Virus record (IMG/VR): IMGVR_UViG_3300037419_002114
DNA from: an uncultured virus (IMG/VR IMGVR_UViG_3300037419_002114)
Taxonomy: Duplodnaviria; Heunggongvirae; Uroviricota; Caudoviricetes
Reading direction: 5' to 3' (one strand)
DNA length: 64,000 bases
A program made the translations under genes and the position numbers. Shown one piece after another: positions 28,237 to 38,489 of this stretch. The notes below the pieces were generated by a model. It was given only the letters and a program-made list of their open reading frames with translations, was not told where the DNA came from and made no database searches. Positions within the stretch are counted from its first letter, which is position 1; each line of letters begins with the position of its first letter.

Positions 28237-29025
28237 ATGATGACGATGAGTGAACACCAAAAAAAATGTATCTTAAATCCGTTCTGCAAAGTCGCAGGCA
28301 CAGACGTATGCAACGATTTCTGCGGTCAGTATATTGCCATTCACGGTCGTTCCGGAGAAGGAATACGTGCTGGCAAACCTGCAGGCATACCGAAAGAATA
28401 CGCACTTGAAATGCTTCAAAATTCGAAGGTCCGCGAACAACAACCGGATGCATACGACATGATTGATTCATACGAACAAAGTTTCGTAAAAATCTTCAAC
28501 GATACAACAGACGTAGAAGAGCGAATGAAAAACGTATATCTTTGGTCAGAAAACAAAGGAACAGGAAAAACGTATACGGCAGTTTGTATTCTCAATTCGT
28601 TCTTATCTCGCTACTACATAGGATGCTTAAAGCGAGGAATACAACCTGTACAAAAACCGATATACTTCCTCGACTTCAACAAATTGCACGCTGACTATTC
28701 GCAAATGACTCGTCAAGGCGTTCCTCGTGACATTGCCGAAGAGTCCGGTGAACGATACTATGCAGCGTTAGAGAATGCAAAAACAGCGTTATTTACCTGC
28801 TTCGATGAAATGGGTGTTAGAACGGTATCAGAGAACATGCTTCCGGATATCTTAGGACTTTTAAACCATCGAATCTACGAAATGAAACCAAGTATTTACA
28901 CATCAAACTTACGAATTACACAACTTCCGACCATTTTCAAAGAAGAGAGGGTGTTTGATCGAGTGAGAGATTTAACGATTGAAATTGAATTTACAGGGGA
29001 GTCACACAGGGGGCATAGAGAATGA
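28237..29025 (+). CDS. DnaC/IstB-like helicase loader ATPase
   Basis: N-terminal Cys cluster, GTGKT, FDEMG, IYTSN, RVFDRV. Confidence 0.85.
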   Translation: MMTMSEHQKKCILNPFCKVAGTDVCNDFCGQYIAIHGRSGEGIRAGKPAGIPKEYALEMLQNSKVREQQPDAYDMIDSYEQSFVKIFNDTTDVEERMKNVYLWSENKGTGKTYTAVCILNSFLSRYYIGCLKRGIQPVQKPIYFLDFNKLHADYSQMTRQGVPRDIAEESGERYYAALENAKTALFTCFDEMGVRTVSENMLPDILGLLNHRIYEMKPSIYTSNLRITQLPTIFKEERVFDRVRDLTIEIEFTGESHRGHRE

Positions 29026-29807
29026 TGTATCCATTATTTGAAATCGGAGATTGTGTTGTTGTTGTAAACCATCAGACCAAACGAGTCAGCAGTGAGTTTC
29101 ATACCATAAGCGGAGTGTTCGAATTTTCAGAGGGGAAGTATCACTACTTTTTAGATAATGAGTGGACAACCATCTTTCAAGAGGATGCACTTACCTATTA
29201 CAATCCGGACTTCTCAACATACGAAGAATATGACCACTTCTTTCAAACGAATGAAGAGGAAGAAGAATCACACAACAGATTCATGGAAAACGTCAAGCGT
29301 GAGTACCCAGACGTATTCAAAGAGGACGAAGAACTTTCTGATGAAGAATATCTTCGCATTCCTGCCATTGAGTGTCGGTACAACATCGGAGATATGGTAG
29401 AATACAAAAATGAAGAATACGAAGTCGTTGGGTACAAAGTAGAAGTGAGCTACTACTCAAAAACAGACCAATGGTCAAAGGCAATGTATGACCTTGTGCA
29501 TAAAAGTGGTAAGCGTGAGCGTGCAGAGGAAAAAGAGTTAAAACTCATCAAACCAAAAGAAGAAACCCAATCAAGCCTGCTTCCGATGTTGCGTGCAGAA
29601 TTGAATCAAATCAAAAAGGAAAAGAAAAAACAGTCACTTGACGAACTTCTTGATTTCTATAACACCTTAAAATACTTAGCAGACCTTACAGGGGATACCA
29701 AATACCTACGTGATGCAAATGTATTGATGGAGCAAATCAAAACAGGCGATCGAAACATTGACCTTGAACTATTCATGCGATTCATGAACAGAACGATAGA
29801 AGATTAG
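29022..29807 (+). CDS. Hypothetical protein with two SH3/KOW-like repeats
   Basis: FEIGDCV and YNIGDMV modules; C-terminal LDELLDFYN helix. Confidence 0.7.
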   Translation: MMYPLFEIGDCVVVVNHQTKRVSSEFHTISGVFEFSEGKYHYFLDNEWTTIFQEDALTYYNPDFSTYEEYDHFFQTNEEEEESHNRFMENVKREYPDVFKEDEELSDEEYLRIPAIECRYNIGDMVEYKNEEYEVVGYKVEVSYYSKTDQWSKAMYDLVHKSGKRERAEEKELKLIKPKEETQSSLLPMLRAELNQIKKEKKKQSLDELLDFYNTLKYLADLTGDTKYLRDANVLMEQIKTGDRNIDLELFMRFMNRTIED

Positions 29808-29819
29808 GGAGGAAGATTC

Positions 29820-31163
29820 ATGCAATTTGGTGAAATGCTCATTTCAAAAATAATGGAAGATAAGAATAAAGACATACTCACAAAGTATGACCTCAAGCGT
29901 CATCACTTTATGCACCAAAACGAAAGGGAAGCGTTTGATTTTATAACGGAGTACCTTGATATTTATCGCCAGTTGCCTGATCCTAGAACCCTTCTTTCGA
30001 AGGTAAAAAATCTCACCCTTCATCAAAATGTTGAGGACAGTTATGACTTTTTGGCAGAGCAGGTAAAAGGAACGTCCTCAAAGGTACAAATTTCTGAGAT
30101 GATTAAAACGCAGGCTGCCCAAAAAATGAAAGAACTAAGCGGCCAAGAGTTCATCGATTGGATGCTACAAGAAGCACAAGAAATTAAAAAGGATACACAA
30201 GTTGCCGTATCCCTTGGAAATAATTTTGCCGATTTAAAAACCGTAATGAAAGACGAATACCTTGCTCGTAAAAATGGTGATTCCACCAAAACGTACAAAA
30301 CGCCATTCACATCTTTAAACGATGTTGTCGAAGGGTTTCAATCTTCGGATCTTATCACGATACTTGGCGAGAGTGGTCGTGGTAAAACGTTTATTACGTT
30401 AGCGTTTATCGATTCTCTTCTTCGTCAAGGAGCGAACATTCTCGTTAAATCCTACGAGGTTCGTTCATACCTTTGGTTGTCACGTTTAATGTCTATCCTT
30501 ACCGCAAAAGAAGGAAAACTGCGTGATGAATACCGCCAAAAAGTAGGACTAGCCAACAAGCGAATCTTAGCAGGTAAACTAACCGATTCCGACCAAGCGT
30601 ACTTCTTCGAAATGCTCGATAAATTAAATGAATATTATCCAGGAAATTTGCACCTTCAAGCGAAAGCAGACCCCGGTATCACACGAACGCTTGCTGACCT
30701 TGATCGAGAACTAACGCAACATCCGGAAATTGACGTTGTGGTTATCGACCCATTCTATGGACTCGAAGATTGTTATAGCGGTAAAAATAACAATCGAACG
30801 GCAGGCGGTAGTGCAGAAGCAGCCGCACGTCAACTTGAATACCTTGCAGGAAAACATGATGTGGTCATGATGACTGTAGTGCAAGCCACAGTTGAGAAGC
30901 AAAAACAAGACGAAAATAACAAGCGTGAGTTGAAGCTCCCAAAACGTGACCAAGTAAAAACAACAAAAGCCATTTTAGAAGCATCCACACTTCTTTTTTC
31001 ATGGGATAGTGTTGACGGAATCGCCAAAATTGGCATTGAAAAAGGTCGTAATGGCGGTGAAGGGTTTGAACTTGAACTCGTAGCCCTCTTAGATTATGGC
31101 GTAATAAAAGAGCCATCCAATATGGAAGCATTGGATGACCAATTTGATACAGAAGGCATGTAA
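29820..31163 (+). CDS. DnaB-like replicative helicase
   Basis: GESGRGKT, SYE, VVVIDPFY, VQA, IEKGRNG. Confidence 0.9.
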   Translation: MQFGEMLISKIMEDKNKDILTKYDLKRHHFMHQNEREAFDFITEYLDIYRQLPDPRTLLSKVKNLTLHQNVEDSYDFLAEQVKGTSSKVQISEMIKTQAAQKMKELSGQEFIDWMLQEAQEIKKDTQVAVSLGNNFADLKTVMKDEYLARKNGDSTKTYKTPFTSLNDVVEGFQSSDLITILGESGRGKTFITLAFIDSLLRQGANILVKSYEVRSYLWLSRLMSILTAKEGKLRDEYRQKVGLANKRILAGKLTDSDQAYFFEMLDKLNEYYPGNLHLQAKADPGITRTLADLDRELTQHPEIDVVVIDPFYGLEDCYSGKNNNRTAGGSAEAAARQLEYLAGKHDVVMMTVVQATVEKQKQDENNKRELKLPKRDQVKTTKAILEASTLLFSWDSVDGIAKIGIEKGRNGGEGFELELVALLDYGVIKEPSNMEALDDQFDTEGM

Positions 31164-31167
31164 AAAA

Positions 31168-31202
31168 GTCGCTGGTGTAAACTACCAGCGATTATTTTTT
31201 TT
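31168..31202 (+). terminator. Intrinsic terminator after helicase
   Basis: TCGCTGGT..ACCAGCGA followed by a T run. Confidence 0.8.
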
Positions 31203-31208
31203 GTCATT

Positions 31209-31238
31209 TGTGAAAAAAAGAACTCTAGCCCGTAGATA
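31209..31238 (+). promoter_or_regulatory. Candidate phage-sigma promoter TGTGAAAAAAA-N10-CCGTAGATA
   Basis: Identical bipartite motif at 41608-41637; both follow terminators. Confidence 0.65.
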
Positions 31239-31334
31239 TAAGGGAGAAAAGAAAAAGTTGTATGACAAACCTCCTTCATTTACTGAAATGAAAATGCTAT
31301 AATGGGAACATAAGTACGCAATGGGGGAAAAAAT

Positions 31335-31943
31335 TTGCAAAAGTCAAGAGAACAAACGTTGAACTTTTTAGCCGAGCAGTACATATCAAAACCGAATGCA
31401 GATACGTTGGACGCGTTAATTCGTGCATTCGATCAAGAGTACAGACCAAAATACGAGTGGATTGCCACCCAGCAAGTGCGTAATTATGACGTTCAAGAAG
31501 TGCAAAGCGAATACGAGGACACGTTACTGAAAGTGATTGAAGCGTATGTACCAGGAAACAATTTTACGAAACTGTTAGACGTTTCATTAAAACGTAAGCG
31601 AATCGATATGGCAGAAAAACAAAAGACTCGCAAAAAACATACACAATCCTTTCATGTGTTTGAAGATGGGTCCAGCACAGAAAAGAACCTTAGCATGGAC
31701 AAGCATAAAGAAGAAAAAAAGAAAGAAAAAAAAGAAGCAAGAGTGGAACTCATCAACTTCTTTATGGAACACACCCAAGATGCTGAAACAAAAAAGATAC
31801 TTCAAGAAGCATCTAAATTTAAAAATATGAACCAGTTAGCACTTCATCTAAATATGCATCCTCAGACACTCAAACGAAAGTTAGAAAGTCTGAAAAAGAT
31901 ATACGATGAAAGAAGGTTCGGGAACTACAAAGAGTTTTTGTAA
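31335..31943 (+). CDS. Phage sigma-factor-like protein
   Basis: Region 2-like EDTLLKVIEAY..NFTKLL and C-terminal HTH MNQLALHLNMHPQTLKRKL. Confidence 0.7.
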   Translation: MQKSREQTLNFLAEQYISKPNADTLDALIRAFDQEYRPKYEWIATQQVRNYDVQEVQSEYEDTLLKVIEAYVPGNNFTKLLDVSLKRKRIDMAEKQKTRKKHTQSFHVFEDGSSTEKNLSMDKHKEEKKKEKKEARVELINFFMEHTQDAETKKILQEASKFKNMNQLALHLNMHPQTLKRKLESLKKIYDERRFGNYKEFL

Positions 31944-31966
31944 GCACTAACTGATTCACTACGTGT

Positions 31967-31995
31967 ATTATCTCATGTTTCTCGTACTTTGTCAA
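31967..31995 (-). promoter_or_regulatory. SigA promoter pointing antisense into the sigma-like gene
   Basis: TTGACA-17-GATAAT with extended TG on the - strand. Confidence 0.65.
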
Positions 31996-32043
31996 ACATA
32001 GGGGGCGGTATAGCGTAGCACTACACATAATGGGGGAAGCAAA

Positions 32044-32418
32044 ATGAAAATTATTAAAGGTGAAATTTACTTGGTGGATCTTGGTGATAACTCAAGAGGG
32101 TCAGAACAAAAAGGAATCCGCCCATGTGTTATCCTACAAAATAACATTGGAAATCGATTCTCAACGACAACCATCTGTGGATTACTCACAACAAAAGAGA
32201 AGAAAAACAAAAAGAAAAAACACTTTCCAATGCATGTTCCAATTCAGAAATTAGCCATTGAAAAAAATGGTTTACAAAGCGATTCACTCCTTTTATGCGA
32301 ACAAGTATTTACGATTTCAAAAGATCGATTGATAAAACGTTTAGGGGTCATCACACCGACCTCACCACTGATGAAACAAATTGATGAAGCACTCAAAATT
32401 AGTTTTGGGATTCAATAA
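32044..32418 (+). CDS. PemK/MazF family endoribonuclease
   Basis: GEIYLVDL..GSEQKGIRPCVILQNNIGNRFS..DSLLLCEQVFTISKDRL. Confidence 0.92.
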   Translation: MKIIKGEIYLVDLGDNSRGSEQKGIRPCVILQNNIGNRFSTTTICGLLTTKEKKNKKKKHFPMHVPIQKLAIEKNGLQSDSLLLCEQVFTISKDRLIKRLGVITPTSPLMKQIDEALKISFGIQ

Positions 32419-32433
32419 AAGGAGGACATAAAG

Positions 32434-33195
32434 ATGTCATTTATCAAAGCACATGGAGAGCAAGCAGTACAACAAGCCATCACAGAAAAACCGAAGTATG
32501 AAAAACTCTTGAAAACATTCAAATCCGGATCAACTTACAAAGTGCGAATCGCTTCTTCAAACGATTCCGCTCAGTATGATGCCCATGGTGTTTTCGCTCG
32601 CAACGGCTCTGGCATTCTCACCACCCCTTGTATCCACGGCAAAGAATGTCCGTACTGCAAGGCGGTAAACGAAATGTATAAAGAGTTCAACGTCACACAA
32701 GACGAAGAAACAAAACAAGTTGCAGGCCAGTTGAAAGCGAAAGAACGTTATTTAATGGGATTTGTAAATCTTGAAGATGGACAACCATTTATTCTTGATT
32801 TTACGAAAAAACAAGCCGCTCAACTTGTCGGTATCATCAAAAAGAACGAAAAGAAACTCTCAAAGTATGCGTTTGAAATCTCGAAGTCCGGTACGAGCCA
32901 GTCAACGATTGTATCGCTCGATATCGTAGTCGATATGGACGAGGACTTAACGGATAATGAACGCAAGCATTTCGAAGCAACGAAAGAGTTTAAATTCGTT
33001 CCGGAAATGTTCGAAGTTCTGCAGACGAAAACAATCGAAGAAAGTATCGATGATTTACGTAAGTTTGGCTTTGATGTTTCCAAAATTACAAGCACCCCAC
33101 CTCCGCAGCAACCACCTCAAGAACAAGCAAAAGAAGAGCCGTCCGATGATGGCGAAATTAACATTCAAGATATCTTCGAGCAGTTCAATCAATAA
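32434..33195 (+). CDS. Single-stranded DNA-binding protein (gp32-like)
   Basis: H..C..CPYC Zn ligands, acidic C-terminal tail ending DIFEQFNQ. Confidence 0.75.
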   Translation: MSFIKAHGEQAVQQAITEKPKYEKLLKTFKSGSTYKVRIASSNDSAQYDAHGVFARNGSGILTTPCIHGKECPYCKAVNEMYKEFNVTQDEETKQVAGQLKAKERYLMGFVNLEDGQPFILDFTKKQAAQLVGIIKKNEKKLSKYAFEISKSGTSQSTIVSLDIVVDMDEDLTDNERKHFEATKEFKFVPEMFEVLQTKTIEESIDDLRKFGFDVSKITSTPPPQQPPQEQAKEEPSDDGEINIQDIFEQFNQ

Positions 33196-33263
33196 TCCTC
33201 GTTTGGTGCTCTTGCATCCCCTGTAAGAGCACCTACATAACATAAAAAATTAGGAGTGGTAAA

Positions 33264-33611
33264 ATGGCATTATCAAGTTCAGCGATCGGACGCATTTCCG
33301 AACTACAGGCAGTTATCAAAGCAATCCAAAATGAATATGCAACGGCAGAGCCGATGTTTCCAGAACCGTATGACCTGTTGATTTCAAAAGACAAACGACA
33401 TTGGTTAAAGGCACAAACTAAGACGCTTTATTATCGTGCAGACCGAAATAGTTATGTTGTATATGCAAGCAAAGGAAACAAAGAAAAATACAACGAAGAA
33501 GAAGTCGATGTATTTTTAGCGGTACTGGATAATGTGGTGTACATGATTCCAAACCAAGGGAAAAAAGAAATGTGGTCAAAAAATCCGGACACTAAATGGG
33601 AGAGATTGTAA
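33264..33611 (+). CDS. PD-(D/E)XK endonuclease (homing type)
   Basis: GRISE..PYDLLI..KAQTKT..YNEEEVDVF. Confidence 0.75.
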   Translation: MALSSSAIGRISELQAVIKAIQNEYATAEPMFPEPYDLLISKDKRHWLKAQTKTLYYRADRNSYVVYASKGNKEKYNEEEVDVFLAVLDNVVYMIPNQGKKEMWSKNPDTKWERL

Positions 33612-33797
33612 TGAAAATCATGAAAGTGATTGTGGACACAAAAGAAGAAGCCCTGCATATGCAAGGCGTTTTGGAAGAAAGAAACCTAGAATACATCATT
33701 TCCAAATCTTATATTGCAACAAAACCACAGTGGATTTTTGAAGTAGCAAACGAAGAAATCTTCGAAATTAAAATGATTGAAAAACAGGAGGATGAAA

Positions 33798-35084
33798 ATG
33801 GCAACGTTTCAGAAAAAGCCGAGTAATGTAGAAGCCATCAAACTTGAATTTCCGATGGCAATGACAACTGATAAAGGGGTATTTAAGGCTGCCGTTGGTG
33901 ACTACCTTATCTACGACAATGCTTCAAAAGAACAATTCTTTATGACAAACGAAGTATTTAACCTTAACTTCGAACCGATTCCTGCAACACCACCTGCTGA
34001 AGTTCAACTTCTAAAGAACACGCCAGCAGTTGATAGCATTTTCTTCTCATGGACAGACCCTACTGATGTGGATTTTTCACACGTGAATATCTATGAAAGT
34101 GGAACATTGCTTCTTGCGGTAGAAAAAGGCGTACAAGCATTTATACTAAGCGGTTTAATTGCGAACACTCCGTACACCTTAAAGTTCACTACGGTTGATA
34201 CGATGGGCAATGAATCAAGTGGCGTAACCGCTACGGCAACAACGCTTGCAAATCCGATTGATACGACCGCTCCTGCAGAAGTAACAACATTAATTGCAAC
34301 GCCAACCGAAACATCCGTAACCTTAAATTGGGTGGATCCTACAGACCTTGATTTTGATCACATTGCCGTGTTTAAAAACGATATTCTCGTAGCAACAGTT
34401 CTAAAAGGCATTGGTCAGTATGCCGATGTAAACCTTCCACAAAGCACAACCAATACTTACACCTTAAAAACAGTCGATACGAGCAATAACGTTTCAATCG
34501 GAAATTCGGTTACGGCAACAACATCTGCAAGCGGAACACCAGTTCCATCTGACACCACTCCGCCTGCTGAAGTAACATCCATTTCGTATCTTCGATTTGA
34601 TAATCAAGTTACCTTCTCGTTTACAAATCCGACAGATACCGATTTTAAAACAGTTAATGTATACCGTGATGGAACGTATGTTGGTTCAACCGTTACAGGT
34701 TCATTCACAGATGCAACCTTAAACTATGATACGAATTACACGTTCAAGTTCACAACGGTTGATTTAAGCGGTAATGAATCAGTTGGCGTTACAGACGCTT
34801 TCACAACAGGACATGCACCGGATACAATCGCTCCTGCGGAAGTAACGAATGTAGTCGTAAACACTTCGACACAAAGCGTTCAACTTTCCTGGAACAACCC
34901 AGCAGATAGCGACTTCGATCACGTGAATATCTATCGAAATGGCGTTCTGTTAGGTTCATCGCATGTACTTGCATTCTCCGAAACAGGACTTACCCATGCG
35001 ACTACGTACACGTATAAATTAACAACAGTCGATACGTCCGGAAATGAATCCGCAGGATTTACAGTCAATGCCACAACAGCGTAA
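33798..35084 (+). CDS. Fibronectin type III repeat protein with a small N-terminal phage domain
   Basis: Four repeats PAEV..W.DP.D.DF.HV.IY..YT.K.TTVD.SGNES; N-terminus KKPSNVEAI..GDYLI. Confidence 0.85.
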   Translation: MATFQKKPSNVEAIKLEFPMAMTTDKGVFKAAVGDYLIYDNASKEQFFMTNEVFNLNFEPIPATPPAEVQLLKNTPAVDSIFFSWTDPTDVDFSHVNIYESGTLLLAVEKGVQAFILSGLIANTPYTLKFTTVDTMGNESSGVTATATTLANPIDTTAPAEVTTLIATPTETSVTLNWVDPTDLDFDHIAVFKNDILVATVLKGIGQYADVNLPQSTTNTYTLKTVDTSNNVSIGNSVTATTSASGTPVPSDTTPPAEVTSISYLRFDNQVTFSFTNPTDTDFKTVNVYRDGTYVGSTVTGSFTDATLNYDTNYTFKFTTVDLSGNESVGVTDAFTTGHAPDTIAPAEVTNVVVNTSTQSVQLSWNNPADSDFDHVNIYRNGVLLGSSHVLAFSETGLTHATTYTYKLTTVDTSGNESAGFTVNATTA

Positions 35085-35272
35085 GAGGTAGACAATGAAG
35101 AATGAAGATTTGTTTGAACAAGAATATACAGGAACGTGTCATTACTGCAAGGAAGCGGAAACCGTTAAATTATCTGACCCACATGCGTTTAAAAAGTGGG
35201 TCAGAATTAACGACTTCGATATCTGCTTAAAATGTTATGAAGAAATGACGAAACAGAAATAGGAGAGAATCC

Positions 35273-35623
35273 ATGAGCCTTTCGATTAACATGAGTGCTT
35301 TCACGAAAATGAAGCAACAACAAGAAAAATATGGAGTTGGACTTTTGTGCATCGCCACTAATGTAAAAGAGTTTCGCTATCTAACCGAGTATGATTCGTT
35401 TATGTGTGCGGTTGGGAAAATAGGAGATGTTTGCTTTACGTTGGTTTCATTTAAAGATTTCACACCACTACACATTGAAGTAGCAGACTTAACGTATTTG
35501 CCGAAGATTCGTGCAGGACTTCGCAACATGCAACTTGCTTATATCACAGGCGATGAACTACTTGATTCGATTCAACGAGTAGATGCAACCATATCAGAAG
35601 TCGCAGACGCATTCAATGGATAG
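35273..35623 (+). CDS. Hypothetical protein
   Basis: AGGAG RBS, in operon. Confidence 0.7.
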   Translation: MSLSINMSAFTKMKQQQEKYGVGLLCIATNVKEFRYLTEYDSFMCAVGKIGDVCFTLVSFKDFTPLHIEVADLTYLPKIRAGLRNMQLAYITGDELLDSIQRVDATISEVADAFNG

Positions 35624-35643
35624 GAAAAACTAGGAGGAACAAA

Positions 35644-35886
35644 ATGACCTTTCAAGAGCAAATGGAAGTCCTCGTTATTAAAGAGGAATATACCAAGATT
35701 GGTGAGAAAACGACTGTGTGTCTGCTCACCCTAAAAAATGGTTATGAGATTGCAGGATACAGTGCATGCGTTGACCCAAAGATGTTTGATTATGAGATTG
35801 GAAAGCACTGGGCAAAAGAAAATGCAAAGCAGAAGTTGGAAGAGATTGTTGGGTATTTGATGCAGGAAGCGTTATTCCATGGTTAA
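35644..35886 (+). CDS. N4 gp49/Sf6 gp66 family protein
   Basis: TTVCLLTLKNGY.I.G.SACVDP..FD.EIG..A..NA..KL..GYL signature. Confidence 0.8.
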   Translation: MTFQEQMEVLVIKEEYTKIGEKTTVCLLTLKNGYEIAGYSACVDPKMFDYEIGKHWAKENAKQKLEEIVGYLMQEALFHG

Positions 35887-36160
35887 GTTTTATCTATGGT
35901 GCGTGTGGGATTTGCTGAAGAATGCAGTGGTTTCGATGCTTTCGTACCTATGCTTCGTCATCTTCCCTATTTATATGTACTTTTCGCTACTATGGGATTC
36001 AATTTCTGCTTTTAAAGAAGGACATTACCTTGCAGGATTTGGTTGGTTCTTCTTAGGATTTTTGGTATCTGTTATCTGTGAATTTGGGTTCTTTCTGTTT
36101 ATGGCAATAAATGATATAGGAGTTAAAAATGGACAACAAGATAAACAACAAAATCGTTAA
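35879..36160 (+). CDS. Hypothetical membrane protein
   Basis: Two hydrophobic segments; overlaps neighbours. Confidence 0.6.
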   Translation: MVKFYLWCVWDLLKNAVVSMLSYLCFVIFPIYMYFSLLWDSISAFKEGHYLAGFGWFFLGFLVSVICEFGFFLFMAINDIGVKNGQQDKQQNR

Positions 36161-36557
36161 AGAACACGATGATGTACGCACGCTTCACGAAGTAACACAT
36201 TATGAAGATCACCCAGCACGAGAAGAATCGAAAGCATTTCGTCATATTCGCGACTATTTTCACGAAACAAAGGCGAAATGCTTTATCGATAACAAATACT
36301 GCAGTGGAGGACTTCAAATTCATCACGCTATGGTCGAGTACAGTGCAGGAACGGAAGTGGATTGGTCGAAGCTGACGTTTAAAGACGTGGACGTAATGGA
36401 AAATATGATGCCGTTATGTCGTCATCACCACACTGAAAAATACACCGGAATCCACACCATTTCGTATCCAACATGGATTCTACAGAAATACATGAATGAA
36501 GAAGCACTTGACGATTTCGAGCGAAAAGTGAAGGAGTTAATCGAGAGTGAAAAGTGA
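36129..36557 (+). CDS. HNH-like protein
   Basis: C..C..LQIHH..NMMPLCRHHH..GIH. Confidence 0.6.
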   Translation: MDNKINNKIVKEHDDVRTLHEVTHYEDHPAREESKAFRHIRDYFHETKAKCFIDNKYCSGGLQIHHAMVEYSAGTEVDWSKLTFKDVDVMENMMPLCRHHHTEKYTGIHTISYPTWILQKYMNEEALDDFERKVKELIESEK

Positions 36558-37006
36558 TTGTTGTGATACGCCATGGCAAGTTCGCCACGAAGGATATGAT
36601 GCGTACATGTGCATCGTTTGTGATACGTGGCTTGAGAGTCAATGCGGTGATTCGGAATGCAATTACTGTAGCAATCGTCCAGAGAAACCAAGCATGACAA
36701 ATTCGTTTAAAGAATACGTCAAAGAAGCGATAGAGGAAATTGAAAAGCGTTCGGAGGATGAGGAATGGCAATTCTAGTTGTTTTATATATCTTGTTTGCT
36801 GCCTACGGATGGTTTTATATCAGCGGAACTATTGTTGATAAATTGGTGGATTGGCAATTAAAAGCAAAAACAAAACACTCGGAACGTTCAAGAGAAGCCA
36901 TCAGTATGATTATTCTTTTATTAAGCGGATTCGGATTACTTGTTATTCTGTTATTCATCGGACTTGGTTTAGGAGCGATACTTTCACTATGATAGGAGAA
37001 GAAAAG

Positions 37007-37234
37007 ATGACGAAAAAAGAGAAAATGAAAGCCGAGTTTGACTGGCAACTTCAAAACACCGATCACCTCAGCAAAATGGTCGTTGCAATTCAACTTCCAA
37101 GTGGTGCAAAGGAAATCATCATCAACACCGAACACATTATCGAGAAAATGGATTACTACATGAACGCTTATGATGATGAGTTGCAATTAAAAGCAAATTT
37201 CAAAGTTCGCATTCTAAATTATATGTTCGTCTAA
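37007..37234 (+). CDS. Hypothetical protein
   Basis: AGGAG RBS before MTKKEK. Confidence 0.65.
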   Translation: MTKKEKMKAEFDWQLQNTDHLSKMVVAIQLPSGAKEIIINTEHIIEKMDYYMNAYDDELQLKANFKVRILNYMFV

Positions 37235-37493
37235 TGTTTATCGTCTTTCTTACGGAAACCGAACATGAAGCGATTGCCCTGCGAGATGAACTACCACAAA
37301 CACGTTATGAGGACGAGTTATTTATCCTAGTGTTCTCGAAGTATACTCACCTCGTAGGAATTCGACACGGTAGCGAAAGACCGCATATCATCGTGAAGAT
37401 GTACAAGATTGAAAATCAAAAAGATAAAAACTGGCACAGATATTGCGTGCTTCCAATGGGAACACAAGATAGCGTGATAATAGAGGTGGAAGA

Positions 37494-38489
37494 ATGAGTT
37501 TTGCAGAAGAATTTTTAGAGATGATAAATAGGTTTCAAAGCATTGGCAGAGAAATCTATGACGATACTTTACAGGTACAATTCCTACAACAACAAATCGA
37601 CATTATCCAAACCCCGATCATTAAATATCCACCACGTAATGTTCCGTACTTCTCGCCTTCTTCTGCAAACTCCTGCAAACGAGAGTTGTACGTAAAGGCC
37701 ATCGGACAAAAACGTGACCAACAAGAAAGACTTCCGTTTCAAACACGATGGCAACTGATGGGTACGGCATTCGGTTCGGTGATGCAGTATCAACTTCTTT
37801 TGATCGAAAAGTGGTATCCGCAACTCTTTGGGATAGAATCCCCTTTCTATTTCGAGCGAAATGAAAAGAATCAACCGAAGTTTGAGGATTTTGCAAAACG
37901 ACTGACGACACACCATCACAGAAAACACGATATCCTCTTATTTGGTGCTCCGGATGGAATCTTAATTCATCGAGCAACTGGAACACGAGTGCTGCTTGAA
38001 TGTAAAACAAAACAAACCACGTATGGTGCAACAGGCAACTTCAAGATGAAAGAGCCAAGCCAAGACCACGCAAGACAAACCATCTGCTATTCACTTCAAC
38101 ACACCGCAAATGGAGAAGCACCACTCAATGATGTAATTGTTCTCTATGGAAATCTCAGCAAGAAATCATGGAATATGAGCCGAGAAGAAATGGAAAAACA
38201 TCCGGACCTGCGTGCATTTGACGTTCACATTACCGCAAGCGATCGATTGAATGTGTTAGATACGTTCGCTGACGTGCTAGATGCCGTAGCAACGAAAACA
38301 CCGCCTGCCTTAGAGTTGGACAAATTTTTATTCAACAATTTCAAGACAGAATGTGCTTTATCATTAAGTAATGAGGAATGGAAAGAAATCATTCAACAAG
38401 TGAAGGCAGTTCAAAAATCAGACCTTCCGAATAGCATCAAGCAATCCTACTTAAACGCTTTTGAAACCATTGGAGAGGTGAGAGCATGA
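37494..38489 (+). CDS. PD-(D/E)XK exonuclease (Cas4/RecB-like)
   Basis: FSPSS..C.REL, GT.F, GAPDG, LLECKT, Q..CY. Confidence 0.8.
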   Translation: MSFAEEFLEMINRFQSIGREIYDDTLQVQFLQQQIDIIQTPIIKYPPRNVPYFSPSSANSCKRELYVKAIGQKRDQQERLPFQTRWQLMGTAFGSVMQYQLLLIEKWYPQLFGIESPFYFERNEKNQPKFEDFAKRLTTHHHRKHDILLFGAPDGILIHRATGTRVLLECKTKQTTYGATGNFKMKEPSQDHARQTICYSLQHTANGEAPLNDVIVLYGNLSKKSWNMSREEMEKHPDLRAFDVHITASDRLNVLDTFADVLDAVATKTPPALELDKFLFNNFKTECALSLSNEEWKEIIQQVKAVQKSDLPNSIKQSYLNAFETIGEVRA

